Shown here: piece by piece, positions 56,219-64,000 of the stretch | Layout of the letters: every line of letters begins with the position of its first letter | Position numbering within the stretch: the stretch's first letter is position 1 | Assembly: GCA_937906475.1 (NCBI GenBank) | Contig: CALCZA010000021.1 | Span: forward strand, 60,220 to 124,219 | Direction: 5' to 3' | DNA length: 64,000 nucleotides | Source: an uncultured bacterium | Lineage (GTDB): Bacteria > Planctomycetota > UBA1135 > UBA2386 | Translations under genes and position numbers: made by a program | The notes under the pieces: generated by a model | Database searches by the model: none | Seen by the model: only the letters and a program-made list of their open reading frames with translations | What the model was told of the DNA's origin: nothing

Positions 56219-57994
56219 CTAGCAATCAATCTGGTGCTTCTTCAGCTTCTCGTAGAGAGTCGAACTAGCGATTCCCAACACTTGCGCGGCGCGCGATCGA
56301 ACCCCGCCAGTGCGAGTCATCACCTCGACGATGTGCGTCCGTTCGACATCTGCGAGGGTGGGCAGCGACGGTGTTGTGCGGCCATCGGTCTCGGTCAATT
56401 CGGGGGGCAGGTGGCGTTGCGTGATCGGCTGATTGCCAGCTTTGGCGGCGGCCGATTCCAGCGTTAGCCGCAGTTCGCGTACGTTGCCGGGCCACGAGTG
56501 TTGGGTTAACAGTCGCTTGCAGCGCTCGGTCATCAACCTTGGCGATCCATCTGATCCTGTGCCGATGCTGGCCAGGAATAGCTCGGCAAGTGCGAGCACG
56601 TCACGCGCGTCCTCGCGCAATGGCGGGATGGCAATGGCTTGGCTGTCGGCGCACTGCCGTAGCTCGGCGGCCCAACTATCGCCGTCAGTTGGCACTGCCG
56701 ATGCGGCTAGCACAACGCGCGCCTTGGTGGTGTCAGTGCGGTCGCGAATGGCCTTGGCGAACTCCTGCTGCAGCTCGATAGACATCTCTTCGGGATGCTT
56801 GATGAACAGCGTGCCGCCGGCGGCTCGTTGCATGAGACCGAGTTGCTCGCCGTTGCCGAACACATCAGTACGCTGCTGGTCGGGCGAAGAGTTGCTCGCG
56901 TTCCAGTAGATGAACGGATTCGCGCGGCGCAAACTCTCGGCATGCATGTAGCGCGCGAGTTCTTCGCTTTCGGTGCCGGATTCGCCGATCAGTAGAACCG
57001 TCGTATTATTGGCGGCGCACGCGCGCACGAGTTCTCGAGTGCCTTGCAGTCGTGTGCTGGTCAGTAGCGCGTTATGGGCCGCGGTGCCGTGGAAGCGCAG
57101 GCGTTCGAGTTCGTCGCGCATGCGGATGCGCTCGAGAGTCTCTTGCATGCGATGCCAAACGACCTTGCCCAGTGACTCGGCTAGGTGGAGCAACTCTTGG
57201 CCTGATGGCGCGTCGTCGCGCGGATCTTCCAGCACCAGCAAGCCATCGTTTTGCTCGCCGAGCGGAATCAGCAGGCGTTCGTGTTCGATACCTCCCTCCT
57301 CCGTCTTGAGTAGGTGCGGCTGCCGGACGCGGCGTGCATCGGCGAGTGCGTGTTCGGTCAGGGCTGGCTTGGCGTCTTCGCTGCGGCTGCTGATCGCCGC
57401 CAGCGTTTCGATCTGTGAGTCGCTCGGGAATCGGGCTAGCCAACCGGTTTCGCGATTGGTCAAGTTGAGCGCTAGGTCGAGTAGCGGCTCCGCAGCGTGG
57501 GCGAGGTCGCCGAGGTCTGCGAACGTCCACTCGATGCTCTGCAGAATGCGTGCTGCGGTTGCCGGGAAGCTGTTTGGTGAAGTCGTCGCCGGTGCCTCGT
57601 CGTCGGCAACTTCGCGTGAGATCACGACCGTTACCGTCTGGTTGATGGAGACCGGGGTCGGCTGTCGTCGCAGTTCGAGCACGAGCTTGGTCAGGCCGAT
57701 GCTCAGTTGTTGGCCGTCGCAAATCGAGCCCTGTCGGGCTGGTTTGCCATCAATCTGTGCCGGGTTGGCGCCGCCCAGGTCTTGGAACTGGAACGCTGCC
57801 CCGACGCGTTCGAGTAGCAGATGGCGCCGGCTGACGGTGGGGTCGCGCAGGGTGATGGAGCAGTCCGGTGCGCGTCCAATGATCCAGCGGGTGCCGGTCA
57901 ATGGGACCGCTCGAACAGAGCCGTCGCCGAGAATCAGGAGGCGGTAGTTTGAGTCGGATGTAGCTGGCGTCACAGGCGTGCGTGGGAGGGGCAC
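56219..57994 (-). CDS. FHA-domain + degenerate sigma-54-type AAA+ + Fis HTH transcriptional regulator
   Basis: FHA IGR...VSRRH...N; LLIGESGTESE; IPPLRE; HSWPGNVREL; AAQVLGIASSTLYEKLKK. Confidence 0.88.
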   Translation of the reverse strand: MPLPRTPVTPATSDSNYRLLILGDGSVRAVPLTGTRWIIGRAPDCSITLRDPTVSRRHLLLERVGAAFQFQDLGGANPAQIDGKPARQGSICDGQQLSIGLTKLVLELRRQPTPVSINQTVTVVISREVADDEAPATTSPNSFPATAARILQSIEWTFADLGDLAHAAEPLLDLALNLTNRETGWLARFPSDSQIETLAAISSRSEDAKPALTEHALADARRVRQPHLLKTEEGGIEHERLLIPLGEQNDGLLVLEDPRDDAPSGQELLHLAESLGKVVWHRMQETLERIRMRDELERLRFHGTAAHNALLTSTRLQGTRELVRACAANNTTVLLIGESGTESEELARYMHAESLRRANPFIYWNASNSSPDQQRTDVFGNGEQLGLMQRAAGGTLFIKHPEEMSIELQQEFAKAIRDRTDTTKARVVLAASAVPTDGDSWAAELRQCADSQAIAIPPLREDARDVLALAELFLASIGTGSDGSPRLMTERCKRLLTQHSWPGNVRELRLTLESAAAKAGNQPITQRHLPPELTETDGRTTPSLPTLADVERTHIVEVMTRTGGVRSRAAQVLGIASSTLYEKLKKHQIDC

Positions 57995-58265
57995 CCTCCG
58001 ATTTCCGGAGAGTAGTGGATTGCCCGATTAAATACGCCGAAAATCGGATGGTGTGTTGTTGACGATGTGGCGGGTTCAGAATTAAGGTGGCGCTCATTGG
58101 ATGAAGAAGTTGCCGTCAAGTTGGTCGTCGCCGGATAGCTCTTTCTTGATGTGTGGCCGCTTGTCGGCCCATTTAGCTGGCTGGCCCCTTCGGTAGGGGC
58201 GCCAGCGGCCCATCTTCCCGCTTAAAGCTCTGAAGCTGGGGCGGCGAACTGCCGATAGCTTCGGC

Positions 58266-59123
58266 ATGTGGCTGTGGGTCGGTATTGGATGGTGTGCGTT
58301 GGCGCTTACGGGCGTTGTGCTGCACCACCGTTTGCGGAGCAAGTCCTCGCGCTATCCGCCTGAGGTCGCGGCCTTCGTGCTGCAGCTTGAGAGCGAACTC
58401 GTAGCGGCGCACCCGGGTGTGCAGTTCTTGGGCATGCTGCCTGACCGCTTTGCTTGCTTGATGAGAGTGGACGGTCAGGAGACTCCGGTCGGCCTCTACG
58501 AGGCGTTCCGCCATGTCGATGCGTTTCCCGAGAGCTTGACTCGCATGGTTGCCGAGCTTGTCGGTGACATCCGCGAAGTTGGTCTGGATTGCGCCGACGA
58601 ACTCGACTTTGCGACGGCAGCGCAGCTGTTGATGCCGCAAGTTCGCTGCAAGGACTGGCTCGATGAGCAAGGCACCTTTGGCGACTCCGGGCTCGTGCAT
58701 ACGCCGATCAATGACCAACTGGTCACGGTCTATGTCGTCGATGACTCGAACTGCATGGTGTTCTTGTGCCGCGCGCACCTGAAGCGCTGGCAGAAGGAGG
58801 CGCAAGACCTGCATAACCTGGCGTTGACCAACTTGGCGCGACTCGGTCGCAACGGCATCGATGACGTCAGCGCCGAAGCGGTGTTGTTGCAGTCGGGCGA
58901 TGGCTTTGACGCATCACGCCTGTTGTTGATCGATCAGCAAGAAGGCTTGTTGGTCGCTGTTCCGGACCGCGACACGCTGTGGGCGGGGCCCGAAGAGGGC
59001 CAGAATATTGAGCAACTAATGTCGGTCACGGAGCAGATTGCCGACCGTTCGCAATACCCGGTCTCGTCGCTCTTGTTCCGCGTTAAGGACGGTCGTCTCG
59101 AGCCGGTGCAAGAGCCGAGCTGA
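58266..59123 (+). CDS. Membrane-anchored hypothetical protein (DUF1444-like)
   Basis: N-terminal TM; LMPQVR, VYVVDD, LHNLALTNL, GDGFDASRLLL, VAVPDRDTL. Confidence 0.7.
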   Translation: MWLWVGIGWCALALTGVVLHHRLRSKSSRYPPEVAAFVLQLESELVAAHPGVQFLGMLPDRFACLMRVDGQETPVGLYEAFRHVDAFPESLTRMVAELVGDIREVGLDCADELDFATAAQLLMPQVRCKDWLDEQGTFGDSGLVHTPINDQLVTVYVVDDSNCMVFLCRAHLKRWQKEAQDLHNLALTNLARLGRNGIDDVSAEAVLLQSGDGFDASRLLLIDQQEGLLVAVPDRDTLWAGPEEGQNIEQLMSVTEQIADRSQYPVSSLLFRVKDGRLEPVQEPS

Positions 59124-59880
59124 CCTCGACGGTTGTCGTTTCGGGCACGGTGAACTGCTGGCTGCGTTCCGGCAATAGCGGGTCTTGCAGTTCGTAGGTG
59201 CCTGCGCCGAGCTTCAGGCTCGTGATCTTGCCACGCCGCAACGTCAGGCCGGATGAGTCGTGGCTCATTTGTAGCCATTGACGATCGTCGACTCGTTGTA
59301 GGCGCATTGGGCCAGCGCGCTCGACGTTCGTGGGCAGGTTGAATCGCACGTCGTGCACGAGGCCTTGGAGAGTCACCTGCTCTGTTGCGCGGCCATTTTC
59401 GCTGGTGATATCGAGGATCTGCTTGGCGAGATAGCCGTGGCGTGCGTGCTCTCGTTTGGATGCCAGGGTCACGGTCAGCCGGGTGCCCAGTTGCGCATCG
59501 GTCGTAACCAGAAGGGAATTGGGTTCGCCACGCATGGCCTCGCTGAGCGGAAGCCAGCGGAACTCGCCCCCGGTGAGGGTGTGGAATGTGGCGACTCCGG
59601 CGCTGCTGTCGCTTCGCAGCGTCGGCACATTGAGCACGCGGATCGGCACGGTCACCCGGTCGCGAATCTGGTCATCAATCGGCGATACGTTGCTGGTTTC
59701 GATCCCGGCAATCGGGTCGAGGCGCTCTGGGCGCGTCGGCTGCTCGAACTTTGGAGCAGCAAAGCGATCGGCTGCCCCCGGCAGGGGATCGCGGCCGATT
59801 GCTAGAACCAGTGCATAGAGCACGGTTCCCAGCGCGGCAGCGATGAGCAGCGAGATGAGGATCGTTGCGAGAATGCGGAT
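59083..59880 (-). CDS. Membrane-anchored hypothetical protein; probable non-canonical ATC start
   Basis: The frame is open upstream of the GTG at 59823 through a TM helix. AAGGAG lies 8 nt before ATC at 59880; in-frame stop at 59905-59907. Confidence 0.65.
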   Translation of the reverse strand: MRILATILISLLIAAALGTVLYALVLAIGRDPLPGAADRFAAPKFEQPTRPERLDPIAGIETSNVSPIDDQIRDRVTVPIRVLNVPTLRSDSSAGVATFHTLTGGEFRWLPLSEAMRGEPNSLLVTTDAQLGTRLTVTLASKREHARHGYLAKQILDITSENGRATEQVTLQGLVHDVRFNLPTNVERAGPMRLQRVDDRQWLQMSHDSSGLTLRRGKITSLKLGAGTYELQDPLLPERSQQFTVPETTTVEVSSALAPARDDRP

Positions 59881-59970
59881 GGTTCGGGCTCCTTGGGGGA
59901 GCCGCTACCTTAACCGCCGGCCGAACCGCACTACTAGTTTCGACGTGATGCGGTTCTGACGGTGGGTGGC

Positions 59971-62900
59971 TTAGCCGCCCCTTCGACCACCGCCGCCACC
60001 ACCGCCGCCGCGGTTGCCACGAGCGCCACCGCGGTTGCCACGAGCGCCGCCTCGGTTGCCGCCTGCATTGCTAGAGCCATTGCCGCCGTTTGGCGTTGGG
60101 TTGGCGACGGCGGCGCCGACTGCGACCACTACGCTCTCTTCGCCCGATACGGCGACTTGCTGGGTGGTGGGAGCGCGGTTGCGCGGTTGCATCACGAGCA
60201 GGTAACTGCCTGGCACGACCGTGGCGAACTCGAACGCGCCGTCGCGTAGGCGGCCCTGGACCGCGTCATTCTCTCGCAACCAGGTGCGAAGATCTTCGGT
60301 CGGGGCGACTGTCTGGTTGGGGACTAGCGAGACGCTGCCGCCAATCGTTTTGATGTCGGTGGCGTCGGCTGTCGTGATGGTGCCCTTCAGCGAGCCTGTC
60401 TGGACTGAGAAGGTGCGGTTCAGCGTGCCGTTGGCGAATACCTGAACGGACTCGGTCAGCAGCGCGCTGCCGCGGCGGCCACTCAGGATGCGCAAGTCAT
60501 AGAGATCTGCCGGCACGTCCTTAATCGTGAACTCACCCGAAGCAGAAACGGTGGCGCTGAGCGTGCGCGCAAACCAGTTGAAGCCACGGCCGCCACGGCC
60601 GCCCGATTCCGGTTGTGTCGCGCCGTTGTCTTGCTTCTTCAGTTCGACCCGGAAGCCGCTCGCGTTGTTGCCGTTGTGCAGCACGTTGCCGCTCACGATG
60701 CCGACCTGCGGGCGATCGAGCGCCATGCTCCACTTCGATTCCTGGCCGCCGCGCACGGTTACGTCAGCTTGTAACTCGCCGGTCATCAGGCCCGGGCCGA
60801 GCTCCTGCATCATTTGACGCGTTGAGCCGATCCAGGTGCGGACGACGTAGTTGCCGCTGTTGAGGTCTTCGAGTCGGTAGCTGCCATCCGCTTCGACCTT
60901 GCCGGTCTTGAAGCTGCTGCCGCCGCCGCCGCCACGGCCACCGCGGCCAAACATGCCAGCCATGCCGGACATGGCACCGCCTTCGGCGATGATCATGGCG
61001 CCAACACTGACTTCACCAACGTCTTCCGGAAGCAGGCCTGACACCGTGCCGACAATGCTGCCGAGCGGTTGCAGGATCAGTTCGAAGTTGGAGCGGCTGG
61101 TGTCGAGTTGGAACGGCTCACCGCGTTTCTGAGTAAAACTGTCAGCGCTAGCCGTTAGGCGGAACACGCCGCGTTGCACGTGCTTGATGATGAATAAGCC
61201 GTCTTCGTCGGTCTTCACTTTCAATGACAGCGTTGAGCCGTTCATGCCGCGCATGAAGTTTTGGGCGATGCGATTGAAGTCCATGCCCCGCCCGCCACGG
61301 CGACCGCCACCTTGTTGCTCGCTTTGGCCGTTGGTGCTGCTTGCGTCCTCAATCGATGCCGTGTTTAGCTCCACTTCGGCGCCGGCAACCGGGTCGCCGT
61401 AGTTGTCGATTACCACGCCACCAACGTAGACGCCTGGGTCAACGGTGACTGCCAGGTCCGGCGCGGGAGTGCCGTGACGAACTTCCACTTCCGCGGACTT
61501 GTAGCGCGCGAACTCAGGTGCCTGGATCTGAACCTGGTAGACGCCTTCCTGCAGGCCGTCTGCCAGGAACTTACCGCCCGGGTGTGGCTCAGGTTTATCT
61601 AGTTCGCCTTGGCCACCGCGGCCACCGCGGCCACCGCGTCCGCCGGTATCGCCGCCGCGTCCGCCACGTCCACCGCCGGTATCGCGACGGCTGCGCATTT
61701 GCTGCATGACGCGATCTTGCGTCGCTTGATCGAGGTTGCCCTCGCGGAACCGACTGATCACATCATTGAGATCGAGGGGCGGTTGGTTCAGGTCTGGCAA
61801 GCCGCGCAATCGCATCGCATTTACGGCGTAGCTCGTGATTGGGTCACCATCGGGTGTCATGACGACGCCCGTTATGCGCAGGCCGTCGGCCATCGCCACT
61901 TGGATCAGTTGGCCTAGTTTGACGTCGATGTCTTCTTGATCGTAGTTGAGGAAGCCCTTGGCCTTCGCAGTCAGTGCGGCTGGCGCGCCGGGCAGGTGCT
62001 CAAGGAAGAATCGACCCGCCTCGTCAGTCTTGGTGCTGTGGTTGCGACCGCGACCGAATGAGGCACGCATCGCGCGCATGCGTTCTTCGGGGCTGGTGGT
62101 GGCGGGTTGCTCAGCTGCGCTGCGATTAGGCATGCTGCGCAGCGTCACCGCGGCGTTCGCAATCGGGCGGCCCATTTCATCGCGGACGAAGCCGGTCGCT
62201 TCGAAGCCGGGGCCGAGTTTGATGTCTGGCACATCGAAGAGCTGTTCTTCGGTTACCTGGAAACTGCTCGAACGACCCGACGTGTGCATCTTGGCCAGTG
62301 CCGAGACAGTGAACTCAGGGTTGCCATCGGCGGGAATGTTCGGGAACAGGTAGTAGCCGTTGCCATCCGTGTTCAGCGGCGGTAGCAACTCCTGGCGGTT
62401 GCGCTGCCAGCGCAGTGGATTGCGGCCACTGGGTTCCATCGTGATCTCGGCATTGGCAACTGGGTTGCCGTCGAGGTCCGTGACGCGTCCGCGCACTTGG
62501 CCGCCGGCCTTGAGTACGACGTCCTTCAGGTTGACTTCGGTAGTCTCTGAAACCTCGGCGTTGGCGAGGATGTCGCCGACTGGTTCGGTGAACAGGCCGA
62601 TGGCGTAGTTGTCATGCTTGACCTGCAGCGAGACGCGCAGGTTACGGAAGGCCTCACCCTGGAATGCGAACATGCCCTGTTCATTGGTGATGACGGGTTC
62701 GGGAATGCGTCGATTGCCGCGCCCGCCGCGACCACCTCGGCCACCGCGGCCCGTGTTCTCGCCGATCTCCAGCCATACCTGCGCGTTGGGCACTGGCTGC
62801 ATCGACTTGTTGACGACGCGGCCCCGCAAAACTGCTTGGATCCGGGGCTGGTCATTGCGAACGGGTGTCGCAGGCGCGATCTCTGCGTTAGTCCGTTCGA

Positions 62901-63078
62901 TGCCAACTCCTTCGGCAACGACGGCTTCCGGCTCGTCCTGTGAACCATCGACCTCATCCGAGGCGTCCCAATGCATCACCGGGGCCTCTGGCTCACCGAT
63001 CAGTTGGGGTAGGTATAGGACTCCTGCGATCATCGCGAGGACCGCGACGATGAGTAGGATGATGGTTGGCTTTTGCAT
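59971..63078 (-). CDS. Large membrane-anchored protein with multiple carboxypeptidase-regulatory-like (prealbumin-fold) repeats and RGG-rich linkers
   Basis: N-terminal TM, repeated G.V.D..G.PV..A.V...TD..G.F motifs, multiple GGRGGRGG tracts. Confidence 0.85.
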   Translation of the reverse strand: MQKPTIILLIVAVLAMIAGVLYLPQLIGEPEAPVMHWDASDEVDGSQDEPEAVVAEGVGIERTNAEIAPATPVRNDQPRIQAVLRGRVVNKSMQPVPNAQVWLEIGENTGRGGRGGRGGRGNRRIPEPVITNEQGMFAFQGEAFRNLRVSLQVKHDNYAIGLFTEPVGDILANAEVSETTEVNLKDVVLKAGGQVRGRVTDLDGNPVANAEITMEPSGRNPLRWQRNRQELLPPLNTDGNGYYLFPNIPADGNPEFTVSALAKMHTSGRSSSFQVTEEQLFDVPDIKLGPGFEATGFVRDEMGRPIANAAVTLRSMPNRSAAEQPATTSPEERMRAMRASFGRGRNHSTKTDEAGRFFLEHLPGAPAALTAKAKGFLNYDQEDIDVKLGQLIQVAMADGLRITGVVMTPDGDPITSYAVNAMRLRGLPDLNQPPLDLNDVISRFREGNLDQATQDRVMQQMRSRRDTGGGRGGRGGDTGGRGGRGGRGGQGELDKPEPHPGGKFLADGLQEGVYQVQIQAPEFARYKSAEVEVRHGTPAPDLAVTVDPGVYVGGVVIDNYGDPVAGAEVELNTASIEDASSTNGQSEQQGGGRRGGRGMDFNRIAQNFMRGMNGSTLSLKVKTDEDGLFIIKHVQRGVFRLTASADSFTQKRGEPFQLDTSRSNFELILQPLGSIVGTVSGLLPEDVGEVSVGAMIIAEGGAMSGMAGMFGRGGRGGGGGSSFKTGKVEADGSYRLEDLNSGNYVVRTWIGSTRQMMQELGPGLMTGELQADVTVRGGQESKWSMALDRPQVGIVSGNVLHNGNNASGFRVELKKQDNGATQPESGGRGGRGFNWFARTLSATVSASGEFTIKDVPADLYDLRILSGRRGSALLTESVQVFANGTLNRTFSVQTGSLKGTITTADATDIKTIGGSVSLVPNQTVAPTEDLRTWLRENDAVQGRLRDGAFEFATVVPGSYLLVMQPRNRAPTTQQVAVSGEESVVVAVGAAVANPTPNGGNGSSNAGGNRGGARGNRGGARGNRGGGGGGGGRRGG
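60008..60060. repeat. 21-bp in-frame tandem repeat (~2.5 copies) encoding GARGNRG
   Basis: ccgcggttgccacgagcgcc(a/g) at 60008 and 60029, partial at 60050. Confidence 0.75.
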
Positions 63079-63210
63079 TAGGGGTCGGGTGGCGGCCGGG
63101 TTGATCGCTGGGGTCTATTACGTCAGCACACTCGGTTTGCCGACAGCAAGTCGCTGTAACAGCTGTGCACCGCGACGCCGTTGTTGCGAATGTTGGGACT
63201 AAAGTCGGGA

Positions 63211-64000
63211 CTACTGCCCGACTTGCATCGGTAGTGGCTGGCTGGTGCCGAGCGTGCCCCCGAGCGAGAAGCAAACCGTCTGGGCCGTCGCATTGAGCAC
63301 CGGGGCAAATCCTGGGTTCTGGATCACCAGGCTCGTAGCACCGGTGCTATCGAATGATAGCGGCACGAGCACCGGGTTCGCGGAGAATGCGGCATCGAGC
63401 AGCAGTGGCTGTTCGAACCCAGGAATCTGGATGCTCAGGGAGCCGGCGACGACGGTCGGGGCGACCACCAGCAGGCCTATGCCGTTGGCTGGGCCGTTTG
63501 CTATTGCCAGCGAGAATGTGCCGGTTGCGATCGGATTGGCTGCCGAGGAGGTCAGCTCTGGGCGGCGTGCAGTGACCGTTCGGATCTGGCTGATGTTGAC
63601 GTAGTCCGTCTCGTGCACTAGCAGCTGGCCCGCGATTGGCTGGAACGGTTCGAACACCTGTGGGCCGGTCATCGTCCGGGTGAATTGCAGCACGCTGCCG
63701 TTGAGTCCCGAACCGGTGTAGTCGATCAGGGTGGTCGTCAGCGTAGCGTTGTTGCCGTCGGCGTCGTTGATCTCGCCGATGTGGTTGTTGAACCAGTCGA
63801 CGAAGAACAAGTCGCCGTCATCGTCGAATGCCAAGTCCCCGGCTGCGTCGAGGCCGGCGATGACGACCTGAGCGTTTGCGACGCCAAGCACACTGCCTGT
63901 GGCAATCGCGTTATCGATGTCGGTGCTGGTGAGTCGCAGCACCGAGACGGTGCCGGCCGGAGCGGGCCAACTGGCGGGCGCGGTTGCGTAGTAGACGTCG
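63211..64000 (-). CDS. C-terminal part of an exported beta-rich protein (partial; starts beyond window)
   Basis: Frame is open to the window end. It has an NHL/propeller-like GDLAFDDDGDLFFVDW segment and a C-terminal ~100-aa beta-sandwich ending TSQPLPMQVGQ. Confidence 0.75.
   Translation of the reverse strand, partial: DVYYATAPASWPAPAGTVSVLRLTSTDIDNAIATGSVLGVANAQVVIAGLDAAGDLAFDDDGDLFFVDWFNNHIGEINDADGNNATLTTTLIDYTGSGLNGSVLQFTRTMTGPQVFEPFQPIAGQLLVHETDYVNISQIRTVTARRPELTSSAANPIATGTFSLAIANGPANGIGLLVVAPTVVAGSLSIQIPGFEQPLLLDAAFSANPVLVPLSFDSTGATSLVIQNPGFAPVLNATAQTVCFSLGGTLGTSQPLPMQVGQ

Overview
GC-rich (~62%) chromosomal segment of a diderm bacterium, most likely an uncultured Planctomycetota lineage. 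This is inferred from the expansion of PQQ-like beta-propeller genes, futalosine-pathway mqnA, lptFG, and RGG-rich carboxypeptidase-regulatory-like surface proteins. No mobile elements, rRNA or CRISPR were seen; there is one tRNA-Ala(CGC). The left end (sigma-70 factor, nitrilase-family hydrolase, HU, FlhG/MinD ATPase, mqnA) and right third (thiolase/hbd/ACAD operon, sppA, LPS kinase, lptFG, GNAT, mutS, cysteine desulfurase, FHA-AAA+ regulator) are mostly housekeeping. The centre (about 8.2-41 kb) is the notable part. Eight exported PQQ-like beta-propeller proteins are interleaved with a translationally coupled small-molecule pathway: Na+/solute symporter plus DUF3311-type partner, a GriC/GriD (LuxE/LuxC)-like carboxylate-reducing pair, an Fe-alcohol dehydrogenase and a CxxC-bearing GT4. 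Nearby are a HemN-like radical SAM enzyme, a 4HBT thioesterase, a flavin halogenase-like enzyme, a PLP aldolase, a MacB/FtsX-type ABC exporter and a TonB-dependent receptor. No pqq genes are present in the window. I propose this is an undescribed system that makes and exports a modified, possibly halogenated and glycosylated, aromatic compound or cofactor used by the beta-propellers. Secondary observations include a split-motif heteromeric acyl-CoA dehydrogenase pair, an LPXTG-type sorting signal in a diderm, a lipoprotein RidA and a probable ATC start codon. All functional calls come from motif recognition by eye; no database search was run.
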